A DNA stretch of 63,751 nt, the filler included, from Dimargaris cristalligena (taxonomy: Eukaryota), in assembly GCA_003614675.1 (NCBI GenBank). It is 28 parts of 28 records of this genome, joined end to end, with 100 filler letters (N's around TTAATTAATTAA, not from the genome) between each part and the next. Parts side by side here need not be neighbours in the genome. Positions count along the whole stretch, not along the records: positions 47,914 to 50,094 come from ML004323.1; positions 50,195 to 52,374 come from ML004324.1; positions 52,475 to 54,652 come from ML004325.1; positions 54,753 to 56,930 come from ML004326.1; positions 57,031 to 59,205 come from ML004327.1; positions 59,306 to 61,479 come from ML004328.1; positions 61,580 to 63,751 come from ML004329.1; 21 more parts are not named here. One strand, 5' to 3'. How positions within the stretch are numbered: the first letter of the stretch is position 1; each line of letters begins with the position of its first letter. This document shows positions 48,063-62,295 of the stretch, one piece after another. The notes below the pieces were generated by a model. It was not told the DNA's origin. It was given only the letters and a program-made list of their open reading frames with translations, and searched no databases. The position numbers and the translations under genes were made by a program.

Positions 48063-50194
48063 GGGGGTAATAACCCCATTACACTATTTAAAGGGAATGC
48101 AATATATGGGGGAGTATAGGTAACCTATGGGTAGTTTATTTAGGCTAGTAAGGGCCACCCCATGGTGACTCAGGGTGTACAGCCTTCTATTATGACACAG
48201 CCTCTACTTAGTTACCAACTAATATGGTATTAAATACTTCCTTTCAAAAACATAGACTTTGCACTTTACCTACCCCAAATCAAAGTATATACCACTATAA
48301 TAGCCCACCCCTATACAGATACTTCTATATATTTGCACTACCTGGGATGTCTGGTATGTTGCTGACAGCCTTTTGTTTTTACAAGAAGGTAGCAGCCTCC
48401 TTATCAGCACAGCCTAAATTTGCAGTAGCCAGCTCCCTGGTGACAGAAGATGGGAGGTTTATGGAGTTGGGTATTATTATGGTGGAATTCCAGAGGGGTG
48501 TAGGTGTGATAGAATAAATGGAGGATGGGGGTATAAGTAAGAGGTATAAAAGGTTTATTAAAGAATAATAAAAATAGTAATACTAATAAAAATCAGATCA
48601 ATAAAAAATGTTGCAGTAGGATTCAAAGGATAGGAATGAATTCATATAAAATGAGTGGGTGATGACTATTCCTCCAAAAATGAGGGAGAATTCCCTGGTT
48701 ACTTATGTAACCATTTTGTGGGCCTTAGAGGCCACTGGAAAAAAAGGATGCAGAAAATAGCCAGTAAATGGAATGAGGTGGAATAAAAAAGAACACCTGA
48801 GAAATAAGTCAGACTATTGATGTGTGGAAAAAAGGCAAACTTTTAAATGCAAATTTCAAGTGTAAGAATAAATAATGTTTTGTATTTTAGTATATGACCA
48901 TGGTATAGGTGGCAATTTAATGGGAGAACAGTGGGAATACTACCACTGTTGTATATCACGGCATTTTCTGCCCTGTCAGTGTGAACTAGCCATTCATAGT
49001 CGGGGGTTTAGTACCAACCTCTGGATGGCACTACATATTATATACTCACTTTTGATATTTAGTTAGACCAGCCAAAACGATATAAGGTGTCATCAAAACC
49101 CAGTTATGAGTAGGCATGCATGCCCAATTCAGTTGAATCTCCTCCATCTTAATAATAAAGGTAGGTTAGGAAGATTTATCCAGTGGACATACTAATAAAA
49201 GCAAAATTGGATAACTGTTTTATTTTGGTCTTATGGGATTAGCCAGTATGCGAGAAGAAATTGGAGACTGTGAATATCCATTCGGGTTACAAAATAGATA
49301 TGGTCTCAATAATTGAAAGTCGTCTCCCGATTTAAAGACATCTTAGTTTAGATGACAGGTTTATTTCTGTCAAAGGCGCCGATGTGGGTCAGGGACTGTA
49401 GAGAAGGCCAGTGTGGCTTCCAACATTGCCTGGTTTCTCAATTTGGGTTCCGTGTAATAGAAATAACAATATCCCCGGGTCTTACAGTAGTGGGCGCTCC
49501 ATCCGGATCTACCATGGTAATTGTACGGGCCGTTTCGTCTATTTCAGTGATAAGGCCTTCGAACCATGTGCCAAATCTATCGAGAAAGGTGTATTCAAAA
49601 CATACTAGCCATCCGGGATTATATTAAGGTCCGGGCCAGCGCGTAGTTTGATATTTATGTGTAAATACTTAGCAATGGTTAATATGGTATTAATACGCTC
49701 ATTTATCTCACCATGTTTAACCAGCCCGATCGAGTATAATGTGTAAATAGAAAAGGGCGGTAAAACTGACTGGGGGGAGAGGGGGGTTGTAGCTGGATAA
49801 AGTGGATATGTCTTTCGAATGTAATGGCATAATCGGTAATGTGCATAAAAAAATTGGAATTTTCTGTCTTACGGTCGATGGATGCGCGCCTCTTAGTACC
49901 GGAAACATCTTTAAGATACATGATGCTTTGTGATACGGTCACGAATAAGGTTGGTGAGCTGCTGGGTGAATGGGTGAACTATTGAACTAAACCGGAAGAT
50001 TCGGTTGAAGTGAGTCAAGAGTATTCGATTATTAAAGTGGTGAAGCGAAAGTGCAAGGTTGATAATCAACTTTGTTTTCTACGGGGCGGTGGTGNNNNNN
50101 NNNNNNNNNNNNNNNNNNNNNNNNNNNNNNNNNNNNNNTTAATTAATTAANNNNNNNNNNNNNNNNNNNNNNNNNNNNNNNNNNNNNNNNNNNN

Positions 50195-52374
50195 CACAGA
50201 GCTATGCACCAACTTCAAACCCTCATATCTCCACCAATAATGATCCAAATCCAACAAATGAATATGTTCCAGAAACCTCTTGACAAGGAGGACAGCTCAG
50301 CGAGCCTCTGGATCATGACACTCATCCTGTTGGCTCTACCCGTCACTGTTGCCTGGATCGACTTGGACCTAACACTTGGGCTCAGCTTGCATGATTCGTC
50401 TCCGGCGAGTGCACTCTCTGGCCAAAGGATGCTGGCAGGCCTGCCCTTCAACTTGTACAGGAGGGTTGCACCTACACCATTTCAGATCAGCCAAACTTAA
50501 AGGCCTGGGAGGCTTAGCGCCATTGAGAGGAAACCAGCCACTATGTAGCTTCTTGCATTGACGCTGTGGAAAGAGAACCTCTGAGGCTGTCACTTCCACG
50601 ATACCAGCCCACCAAAAGCTTGGAATTCTTGAGAAAATACTTGCATGCGCGAGAACCAATAAGAATCTGAAGAACGCAATAACCTTGGGCTCCCCCTGAT
50701 CCAAGCAAACCTAAGCGAGTCTGGATGCACACAACAAAGTTTCTCCACCACGAATATCTGAACAAAAAGAGGAAAGCCCGACCTGACCTAACCCCCAACA
50801 AAACCATGCAGGAAGGCTTCCTCTTAGAGAGATCAATGAGTACTACCCCACGGTCCTCTACAAATTGAACAAGGGCTTGCCTCTGACCATGGCCACATGA
50901 ACTTCACGATCCTACTCAAAGAAGGCGCCAAAGCAAACTTCTCCCCTCTGACCAATGACTCAGACAAAACCGGACAAATTGCAACACCAGACGGATAAGT
51001 TAATTGAAAAGGGCTGCTTTCGTAACTTGTAAAGTGCTTGGCGCTCATTTGTGTTTTCGCAAAAATGAAAGACGGCAATCTTTGGATGTGCCTCTACTAC
51101 GGTGTACTCAACAGCCTGACTAAAGGCAATCAACAGGCTCTCCTGAGCCTCAAGGGAATGCAGGACCTGGTATCAGAGGCTCAGCAATTCACTATTTTTG
51201 ACATCAAGGATGCCTAGCATCAAATCCGTATCGCAGACAAGAGCATTAAAGCAACCGCAATCCAAACACACTACAGCCACTTGCAGGATGACCTCATGCC
51301 ATTTGGCCACCTTACCACACCAGCAGCATTCAAATTAATGATGAACCACTACTTTGCCACCTCTTTAACCGATATGTCATCTCATACCTCAATGACATCA
51401 TCATATACTCGTAAACGGAGCAAGACTGCAAAATACATTTAGACAAGGCACTCCTCATTCTGGCCAAGAAATGACCCAAGCGCAAGCCTTTCAAGTGCTG
51501 CTGGGGCCAATCGCGAGTCCCATTCTGCAGACAAGATCTGGGAATCAACAACAGGTCAAGTGCTCTATTGGAAATGATGAGTCTCCGTCAATCGGCTACC
51601 AATCACAACACCACTGACATCCTGGCGTTCCTCGGATTCCCCAACTACCTCCGCGACTACTTCAACAGTTAATCCCTGATAGCGCTTCCTCTGTTGCGCC
51701 TCCAATCAGGCACCATACCATACCAATGGACGGCGGTGGAGGAACAGTTGCTCTGACCCCCAAAGGCGGCCTCTTGTACGCGGCCTGTACTAGCATTTGA
51801 CGGACCAACCAAGCCAGCATATGTCTTCCTCGAAGCATCAGACTTCGGAGGACTTCCTTTCCCTGGTCCACACCACAATAGAAGGCGTGACTTCCGTTCC
51901 TTGCCTCAGACCCATTGGCTTCTTGATCTGCAACATGAAGCCAGCTGAACTGCACTAACCTGTTGACGAGCAGGTGCTCCTTTCCCTTGTCAAGATGAAA
52001 CAAATTAGCACCAATTCATTGGCCACCGGTTTGGGGCGTTCACCCACAACAAGTCGCTAATATACGTGAACACCCAACCACAGCTAATGTTTCCACAAGT
52101 CAGATAGATTGATACCCTTCAATAGTTCTACCTCAAAACAGAGTACCTCTTGGGGCAGTAGAACAGAGTTTCAGACCTGCTCTCCTGTGCGCCACAGTAC
52201 ATATCTTATGTACCTCATGCCAGGATCGCCATGACATCATCACTCACAACCCCCTGTGGGGAATAAATGCCAGGAAGTTCATGGTCGTGCAGGTCCATCC
52301 TCTCCTGGTACCCAACAATCATGCGGCCTCCAAAGAAGCCTCAGCTACCGATGAGCGCCAAAGTATCTCAAAAC
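50195..52374 (+). pseudogene. pol: Degenerate Ty3/gypsy pol (RT-RNase H) with many stops and frameshifts
   Basis: FAKMKDGNLWMCLYY, FDIKDA*HQIRI, MPFG, YLNDIIIYS (YLDD-like), EASDF. Confidence 0.82.
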
Positions 52375-54180
52375 NNNNNNNNNNNNNNNNNNNNNNNNNN
52401 NNNNNNNNNNNNNNNNNNTTAATTAATTAANNNNNNNNNNNNNNNNNNNNNNNNNNNNNNNNNNNNNNNNNNNNTGCATGCAAGCAATCGGTAATGCATT
52501 AGTGTGCATATTTTTGCATATATAGGAAACTTTTTCCCCTCTTTTTTTCTGTGTATCAATTTGTTTAGGGTTAATTTTCTTCTACTTTTTTTCTTTACAA
52601 TAAAACTACATTTACTATTACTTTGGATTACTTGGATTTATATACCTTTAAAAGTTGTGGTTGCCAAGGAAATGGTCCTTTTGAGCTTCCAAACTGGTAT
52701 TTTTCATATTGGATTACTTTGGTTCAAAACTTTATACAGTTGGTTTTATTATTTTTCATTTGAGTGACAAACCAGTTCGCCTGGAGAAGCCACCCTGCCC
52801 TTTTGATAGTATTTTTGTTGTTTATTTTAGTGGCCTGATACCACCACAGTGACACCGCTCCCTTGACTTCAATCAATCACAAGGTTACCAAAGCCAAAAA
52901 AACACTCAGTGCCCTTCAACGAAAGAGAAGCATGAAATGTGACAACTTCTTGTCAAAGTGTCTAGCCTTATCAGCCCTTTTTAAATACAAGAGTATACCA
53001 CAAAGCATTGAAAGATCACATCTACATCATTACATGGCACTGCCAAAATTTCAATATTCTCACAAAACTGAAAGGCAAACTGACAAAGTATATAATTTAG
53101 CAATTTGTAAGTGCCTGGGCCTGATTTTTGGCAAACTCGATATAAAATCAGAGTATTGGTGATTACTAGTTGGCTATGAATGGGATCCAACTAAGTCTAC
53201 AGTTATCATGCAGATCTTTACAACTGATAACGGACACCAATGTGAGTCCCTGATTGAGAAAATGTATAAGCCAAATAAGAAGCAAGGCTTATTTTCAGTT
53301 CCAGTTTACAATTCTATTGAATCTCCCACCACTGCATTGCAGTGGCAGTGTGACCAACATGGTCTAGGACATGGTACTGTTTCATGTGTATAACAAGCCA
53401 TTTAGGAACACTGGCAAATTCACGGTTAGATCAGCCATCCAATCTCATATTTCTTCGCTTTTGTCAGTACTTTTGCCCACAATTAAAGACCTAGATAATG
53501 GGTTCATTTCTAGTACTGCCCAACAGGACAATATTTATTCCCAACTATTTCCTGCCATATCCCATCTCAGTGAAATACCAGCAGACAATTTATTTATTGA
53601 AATTTTTTCCCTGAATAGTTTACTCAAATTAGGGAATGAATTACTGATTACCTTGAACCAGTACACTATTCCCTAAAACAACTTCTATGAATTTGTATTA
53701 CCGACTGTGTATTTAAATGTCCGACCTTTCTTTCAATTTTATTTTACTAGCTTCATTTTTTTTTGGTCTGTTGGCCTCATGTTATCAACTAAAGGCCTAA
53801 GCTTGTTTGTCAGAAGTCATTAAAAATAGCCAGCAGAATTTCCACTCTTGAAGGAGCTCGATCGCCCTTCATCCATCTTTATTCACCCCATTACCAATAT
53901 ATTATATGCCGTCTTTTTTTTATTATTTTTTTCAAAATTAATACTATCACTTTATATCTTTATATTGAATTAACGTTGGGTTGGTACCTATCCATCTCTC
54001 AATGTTATGGTAACTGCATCCACCCCTGCTTCTAACCCCTACAGCATGGAGAACATAGCAGCTTCCACTGTTCGAGAGCTATCTTTCACATCATTGGACC
54101 ACACCAATATGGTGGCAATATCTTCCTCCCAAACTTCAAAATCCAACAGTAGTACATAGTCTAGAATTGAGGGAACAGGG

Positions 54181-54652
54181 TGTCACCTGGGTTACCTACT
54201 CTGAGTCTGTCAAGAGTCCCGGGGATAGGCTTCTAATGGTAAGTGGAGCTTAGGCTCAGCCAAGCAGGCTACTAGTGTTAGGATGGGGGTGTAGTACTAA
54301 CCAATAAAGGACAGATGTAGGTAAATGTCAGGGATGTACAGCAGGTACACTTACTAGTTAGTACAAGGGGGGTGAGCATATAATAAGTTTATTGGGGTAA
54401 ACTATGGGGGTAGGAAAATAAGCTAAGGAACTGAACCAGTCCCAGAGGGGCCTGGTTATTTATACATGGGGACTGCTTATAATAAGGGGTCCTTAAGAGC
54501 AATGGGATGACTAAAGAAGAGGTGAGGGGTAGGGCCTTAACTGGGGGGCTTGCATCTGGAAGACTCGACGAAGAGAGAAGGAACATTAGATCAGCCAGTG
54601 GAGTATTGTGTGAGAAGCATTGGGGCCCAGTTATAGTGGGTTATATAGCAAG
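54181..54652 (-). repeat. LTR family B copy
   Basis: TGTCACCTGGG...GTCAAGAGTC...GGCTACTAGTGTTAGG. Confidence 0.75.
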
Positions 54653-54759
54653 NNNNNNNNNNNNNNNNNNNNNNNNNNNNNNNNNNNNNNNNNNNNTTAA
54701 TTAATTAANNNNNNNNNNNNNNNNNNNNNNNNNNNNNNNNNNNNNNNNNNNNATTGATA

Positions 54760-56923
54760 GAGTATGATTAAAGGAGCTGTGCTTTACGTTGATAAATGGG
54801 TTCTAATTAGTAAAGGAATCAGGTAATTAAATATGCTTCCAGTTACCTGCACTCTGTAGCACCACACTATCAGCCCAATCATCAGATATCTGGTGGATGA
54901 GGGGAATAATTTGATGCAGACAAGAGGTCAACTTTCCCCAGACTCTGGCCCAATGCCGAGTGAATACTATATATGTTAAATTCATTAATATATATGCCAG
55001 AAAACCCAATTTTAGGTTTCGTTTGTTTCTGGTTTACATGATGCTTGACTGATGAGGTATTGTGGGATGGGGGAGATAGATGATGATCCACCACAACGCA
55101 CACGTATACCAAAATAATCAAATATAATAATCAACTCTGCTTAATAGTGGAAATATCAGAATAACTATTTGAATTTGGCCATCCCTCGCACTAATGTTTT
55201 ATTTTCTCATGTATACTCCCATGGCGTCACCAACTAAAGTAGTGTCCTTCTCCTGCATATACAACAATTACAATTGGTAGACAATTTCCAATAGATCACC
55301 CATGGCCCACACACTACCCGCCACCTATACACCCCCCTCATATATATGGGTGAAATTTGACCCAGCTATATAAGGGTTTACATTATACATGTATGGGAAA
55401 ATATATGGGAAATGTATTGTTAACTAGTAATATTGGCTGAATCTAATGGATTTTTCGTTATACAGCTTGGATGAACTTCTCCAAATTAAATATGGTGTTT
55501 GCCATTATATCACCTGTCTATTAGAATTTGCTCGTGTGTATCCTCTCTTCTTATCCCCACCCCCTCATTAATTCACCCCTCTTATCCAGCGATTATTCAA
55601 TATATACCACGATGGGTTCAGTCATGCCAAATTTAAAAATAAACATTGCCTTTGTTCCATGATCCTTCCCAAAACTTCACCATTTAATTTTGTCCGCATC
55701 ACATACCTTCGCTTTCCCAGTAGAATGATATAGTGATGGTACCATTTTAGTCTAGGTAAAGCCCTTCTGTCCCTACAGTTTCGGCAGCCTTGGGGACTTA
55801 GGCCTATGAGTAGTTAGAGCTAGCAGTTGTCAGTCGATGCCTGGGAGTATATTATTAAAATCAACCAATCAGTATATTTTTATATATCTTCTGTAGGATA
55901 TGGGAGAAGTTTATTCAGGCTGTATAACGAAAAATCCATTGGATGAGGCCAATATTACTGGTTAAAAGGTATTCTCACATATATTCACACATACATGTAT
56001 TATGTAAAGCCTTATACAGCTAGTTTGAATTTCACCCATATCTTACATGATCGAATTTCATTCACAGTCTACAACTTGTCAAAATTTAAGCAATGGATAC
56101 ACTTGTAGGGGGTATTGATAAACCAGGGAGTTAAAGTATGGATGTAATCAAGGGGTGATGCATAATCTACACCAATCCTGCAGTTTTCGGGGGGCATATG
56201 GGAGAAGTTCATCCAAGCTGTATAACGAAAAATCCATTAGATTCAGCCAATATTACTAGTTAACAATACATTTCCCATATATTTTCCCATACATGTATAA
56301 TGTAAACCCTTATATAGCTGGGTCAAATTTCACCCATATATATGAGGGGGGTGTATAGGTGGCGGGTAGTGTGTGGGCCATGGGTGATCTATTGGAAATT
56401 GTCTACCAATTGTAATTGTTGTATATGCAGGAGAAGGACACTACTTTAGTTGGTGACGCCATGGGAGTATACATGAGAAAATAAAACATTAGTGCGAGGG
56501 ATGGCCAAATTCAAATAGTTATTCTGATATTTCCACTATTAAGCAGAGTTGATTATTATATTTGATTATTTTGGTATACGTGTGCGTTGTGGTGGATCAT
56601 CATCTATCTCCCCCATCCCACAATACCTCATCAGTCAAGCATCATGTAAACCAGAAACAAACGAAACCTAAAATTGGGTTTTCTGGCATATATATTAATG
56701 AATTTAACATATATAGTATTCACTCGGCATTGGGCCAGAGTCTGGGGAAAGTTGACCTCTTGTCTGCATCAAATTATTCCCCTCATCCACCAGATATCTG
56801 ATGATTGGGCTGATAGTGTGGTGCTACAGAGTGCAGGTAACTGGAAGCATATTTAATTACCTGATTCCTTTACTAATTAGAACCCATTTATCAACGTAAA
56901 GCACAGCTCCTTTAATCATACTC
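54760..56923. repeat. 723-bp inverted repeat (54760-55482 / 56201-56923) around a 718-bp spacer; inner ends are family C termini
   Basis: Identical mirrored ORF translations on both strands; the outer portion recurs at ~63650-63751. Confidence 0.92.
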
Positions 56924-57085
56924 AACTCCCNNNNNNNNNNNNNNNNNNNNNNNNNNNNNNNNNNNNNNNNNNNNTTAATTAATTAANNNNNNNNNNNNNN
57001 NNNNNNNNNNNNNNNNNNNNNNNNNNNNNNAGGGCCAGTTTGCCTAATTAGTTGCACTACTACAAACCATCACAGAGTAGAATTC

Positions 57086-58041
57086 TGGAATACCCAACCC
57101 AACAGCCAGTGGATAGACACGGCCAAGGGTGAGGGCAAATTCGGCTCTGCCTTAGGCTCCACTAATTCCAGGGTGCACTGGAGTGCCCACTGGGCCGTAT
57201 TGTACCATCCGTCATGGAAGTAAGCCTCACCCAGTCCCTCCCAAGCCACTACTCCCGTGTTGCTCCCACCCTTGGGGGCTGAGGACTCGGTATTTTTGGA
57301 AGTACTAGACATAGTTTTCATAGCCTGTTGGAAGGCCATAATAGCCTTTGACTATTGGCCAGTCTGGTGCAAATAGTCCATTGCAATGAACCGGCAGGAC
57401 CAGGGATTTACCTGCATGACCATTTGGGTAACACAGGCTACTAGAGTCCACTGGTGCTCAGCCACATACAACTGGATCAACTACTAGGTGGTGTCACTGT
57501 TGTTCCGGGGATTGAGTTCAAAAGCCCATTGGTAGCATTTGAGGGCCCACTAGACCAGAGCCAGGGCCGGGTGATTGGAATTCGCCTGGGCTTCCCATTT
57601 GTAGAACCAACCTGACCAAAAGAAGGCCATATCTAGCTGGGGATTAAGGTAGGTGGCTTGCAACCAGGCCTTGAGGGTTAGGAGCTTGTCACTCTGGTAA
57701 GTCCTGCCCTGATCCCAATAGATGTATCCAAGCTGGAAATAATACTCTGTGGTGCGGGGCTGAAGGGTGATGGCACATTTGATCAACCCCTTGGCCTCTT
57801 CCCAGGCCTGGTTTTGGAAATGGACCTACCTGAGTTTGTCTAGGGCCAAATGATTATCTGAATTCTACTCTGTGATGGTTTGTAGTAGTGCAACTAATTA
57901 GGCAAACTGGCCCTGGGAGTTTAGGACCATGGCGAGTCCCAGTTGTGCCAGCAGGGAGTCGGAGTTTAGGGCCAGCACAACCTTGTACACCTATTGGGCC
58001 TTGGGTAAATAGCAGGCACTGAGGGCCTAGTAGGAATTGGC
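57086..58041 (-). pseudogene. SKI3: TPR protein Ski3/TTC37 fragment, hypermutated; bounded by a copia-like LTR at 58042
   Basis: YYFQLGYIYWD, ALKCYQWAFELNP, AIMAFQQAMK, AWEGLGEAYFHDGWYNTA; several TAG stops. Confidence 0.72.
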
Positions 58042-59359
58042 TGTTGGAAATATAAATTCAAAGGTAAATGCAAGTACCTTTAATTGCAACTATAAAGATT
58101 TAAAGAAGAGAGAAAGAACTACAAGTGATAAGGCTAAATGCCCGCAGTAGGTTTTATTGAGTAGGATAATAGCAGTTTTAATGATTAGGATGAAGTCCCG
58201 GGTAAAGAAGGATATGGGTAAAGTTCAATATAACTATATAATAATTTGGATGAAAGTTCCAATTAGTGTAGTGGTACTATTTTTTTATTGAAATGGAAGA
58301 TAGGTACATTGATGGGACTTTTTTTAAAAACAAGGGATGAATAATCACTAACCCTATAATAAATCTATGAATAATGACTTAGGAAAGCCCAAAAAAAAAC
58401 TATACTATGTAAATTGATGTTTGGCAACCAGACTAGGTGGTAAATTAGCTTTCTTTAACTACTTTCCACTATTTTTCAATAATTTTAAGCTACTTTTTAC
58501 TAATTTTTAAAAGATTATTCCTATCCTAAATTAAATTATAATAAACCCTAACTTTCTTTTATATATAATCTTACAGTTAGTATATAGAACTGTGTTTTAT
58601 TAATTAAACTACCCTTCCAATACTTTAAAATTTCTTACTAATCCATAAAAATACAAATAACCACCAATCCTACCAAACCTTTGAGCTTCTAAGATTACCC
58701 GTGCCCCCTTTCCTTTGGCAATTCATCACCAAACTAATAATTCTAAATAATGAATACACACAATCTACACTGGCTGCATCATAAATTAAGTAAACCCTTT
58801 TCACAGCAGAAAACTGGCCAATGAGGGGCTATGCTTAAGAAATTTTCTGAGTTATCTAGGAATCTGGTAGGGGAAGATGACCTTTTTGATCTCTTTTCTT
58901 CTTTTTTAATGAAAACCAGCTCTGGGAAGGCCCTGTTTGCTAGGTTAGTTAGGGTATCCCCTTTTTTTAATATTATTTTATCTATAGTAGACTACTTCTA
59001 ATCTGCCAAATACTATAATAAGGTAGTTTGGTCTTCCCTCTGTAAAGAACTGAACTCAAATCCTTGAAAACTGAACTTTATTTGAAAAAATAGATAATAA
59101 AAGGGAAAGGTGATAATAGACTTGCTGTTCCAAGAGGTGGCAGCAAGGGGGAGTATTTATACTCAAAAGAGGAAGCCTAAATGAAAAGATAGATGAATAA
59201 TAGAGNNNNNNNNNNNNNNNNNNNNNNNNNNNNNNNNNNNNNNNNNNNNTTAATTAATTAANNNNNNNNNNNNNNNNNNNNNNNNNNNNNNNNNNNNNNN
59301 NNNNNTTTGATATATTTTTGTTGTTCATTTTAGTGGCCTGACACCACCACACTGTGACA

Positions 59360-59833
59360 CTGGACATCATATATATCATCTTACCAGCTGGACCCCCCCC
59401 CCGGAGTTCACACTACTCACTCCTCTGGTGATCTTAGTGTCTTCCAGTTCCCATGGAAGCCTCCGCTCATACGAGGACCACCCGGCCCTCCCTATTGTTA
59501 TCTTAGTTATGTAGTTTCCACTTGGGACCTCCCTTGGAGTAGTCCCCCATGTATATATAACTGGGCCCCCATGGGGACCAGTTAATACCTTAGCTTATTC
59601 TTACCCCCCTTAGTTTACCCTCAATAAACTCTATATATGCTCACCCCCTCATACTGACTAGTAAGTGTGCATCAGTGCATGTCCCCCACATATGCATTGG
59701 ACACTCACCTTATTAGGTTAGTACAGCCCGCCCTAATGCTAGCAGCCCACTTGGCCATGTTAATGCCCCACCTACCGTTAGAAGCCTATCCCCGAGACTC
59801 TTGACGGACTAAGAGTGGTTAATTCGGGTGACA
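59360..59833 (+). repeat. LTR family B (sense orientation; TATA and AATAAA present); 5' part also at ~29055-29370
   Basis: TATATATAA, CAATAAAC, ends ...TTCGGGTGACA. Confidence 0.78.
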
Positions 59834-61280
59834 ATTTATACTTCCATTTATATTTCTACCTATTATTGATGAAGTTATAAGTTATTGAAGTCAATGGTGA
59901 TTTAAGCCCTTGATGATCAGCCATTTCATATTACCTTTTCTTTTATTATTGATGAGTGGGGCTTATGAATAACCAGCCTCTGGTGGATTCCTTCTTGGAA
60001 TTGTGCCATACAACTACATATTATGAATTATTCTTATTAGTCATATCAATATCTGACATGAAGGAGGACTGGGAAGACTGTGTCTTCCAACCTTCAAATT
60101 TCTAATCATTTTACTTCCATTTAATATTCATGACCATAGTTTAGCCAGTAGGTTAGTTTTTCTCTATCACGGGTTTTTTATGACCTACAATTGTTGCAGC
60201 TATTATCCTTAGTTATAGTTATTTAGTTTGGTTAATTTCTTATATATACTCTAGAAGCATCCCCTTGGTTGAAGGGACAAGTTAAATTCAAGCTATGTGT
60301 TTTGTGATATGTTATTTTCGATTTAAACCTCTATTACTTAGAATAAACATTTATATTAACTTCACCAAACAACCCCAACAATTACCCTTTACCCAGTTTT
60401 ATTATTTTATTATCTTTTAGTATGAAGTTTTGGTATCTCTGAATACTGAATTGATTATAACATTTTTATTTTATTTTATTTCTCTTAACAACTAATGATG
60501 TAAGATAACAATGTGCAACACAATGGATGACAGAGAACTTAGCAGTGACTTTCCCAAAGCCACCTCAGTCTTGACCCCCTCAAAACCAATCAAGCCTAAC
60601 CCACTGCACCACTCAACTAAAAAAGGTGAACTGTCCAGGGAAAGCAAATTGGAGATTCCTCCCTCCGCTAACCCTCCCAAGGATGACCCCACAGGGCCCC
60701 TCAAAAGGTTGGCATTACAACAGGTGCAATGCTATACATTTATATTGATATCAGACCCATTGATCCGATTATCTAAGGAGTTCATTCCCTAGCATTATTA
60801 CTCCAGCTAGGTGGTACATAGGAATTAATACCTGTATATATTAGCCCAGAGGGGGGGGTTACCAATGCAAAAGCTGGCATACCCACTCTAATAAAAAGGG
60901 GGCAGTACTAAGGGGGCCAGGTTCATATATATGGACTTTCCTGATATTTTGTTATAGTATTGGCTGTGCTTACTATATGACAGAAATGTATTTAGAATTA
61001 AATTGGCCATCAAAGACTAGATCATCAATGGCCACCAGATAAACATTATCAAGTGGACTAATGGACTGGTGTGGTTTAACTGGGGGGGATGGGGAGATGA
61101 TACAGGGTCTATCAATGCACATGTGTAAGGGTTATATATCCAAGAGCACTGCAGTACTGGAAGCCAGATAAACTGGCATTTTGGTGAAAGAAGGGAGAAG
61201 AAAGGGGAGAAGGGAGAATTCAGCTGCCCTTTGTTAAGGTTGATTGGCCCAAAGCTCAGAATCTATTTGATAATGGGAAT

Positions 61281-61479
61281 TGTCACCCGAGTTAACCACT
61301 CTTAGTCCGTCAAGAGTCTCGGGGGTAGGCTTCTAACAGTAGGCGGGGCATTGGACATGGCCAAGCGGGCTACTAGTGTTAGGGGGGGATGACAAGACTA
61401 ACCGAATAAAGCAAGCGTAGGACGTAGGCGAGGTCCGTGCACTAGATGCACACTTACTGGTCAGTACTAGGGGGTGAGC
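61281..61479 (-). repeat. LTR family B terminus
   Basis: Nearly identical to 6640-6840. Confidence 0.82.
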
Positions 61480-61579
61480 NNNNNNNNNNNNNNNNNNNNN
61501 NNNNNNNNNNNNNNNNNNNNNNNTTAATTAATTAANNNNNNNNNNNNNNNNNNNNNNNNNNNNNNNNNNNNNNNNNNNN

Positions 61580-61807
61580 AGGGGCAGTGTGAATGCAGGG
61601 GTATTATCCGGTCAGGGGCAGGGGTGCATCACAGTCAAGGGTATAAAATATAATAATAGAAAAAACAATATAGTAATGAAAATGGAGGAAAAATGACCAT
61701 ACTCATCAGGGGCAGGGGCTCATTCACTCGTCAGGGGCGTACTTCTGATAAGTGTGAAAAATAGATAAAAACTAAAAGTAGGTAAAAAATGTGGTAAGTT
61801 CACCACA
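61580..61807 (-). repeat. Repeat family A, longest visible piece, with internal TCAGGGG(CAGGGG) sub-repeats
   Basis: Ends ...GGTAAGTTCACCACA. Confidence 0.85.
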
Positions 61808-62295
61808 GCTGGGAGTTGAGAATGAAGCTGGTGGTATTGGTGACAGGGTTACCAATGGAAATGGGCTGGCCAGGGAAAAGTTAAGTATAGTAAGTAGCAG
61901 TAGTACACTCTGAAGGACCATACATATTGATAATATCTACTGCAGCTCCCCAGACTTGGATAGTGCTGAGGTTAAGAGTATCTCCTCTAACTACTACCCA
62001 TTTCATCTGTGGAAAATTGGCTGGGTTAAAACTACTTAGGAGTGATGGTACCATGTAGGTATTGTGCCAGTATTTTGAGGTCCCCTAATCTTGGGACTGA
62101 GGGTCAGGCTGTTACCTTTGCCTTTATTTAGGAAGCGAGGGTAGCTAGATGTTAGTTTCAAGGGGTCAGTACCTGAGGTGAACATCAGATACTCAGGGAA
62201 AGGTCCTTCCACCATTTGGAAGCTATTGGAACTGCCACTGGAGTGTATAATGGGGTAGAGTAGAAACAATTACAAGTAATTCAATTCTACACTCC

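Noticed and set aside
49436-49624. Protein-like minus-strand frame YNPGWLVCFEY...TVRPGDIVISITRNPN
   Set aside because: No start codon, clear splice acceptor or recognisable family; cannot be supported
52863-53680. Possible degenerate LINE C-terminal coding remnant
   Set aside because: No unambiguous RT motifs; fragmented frames
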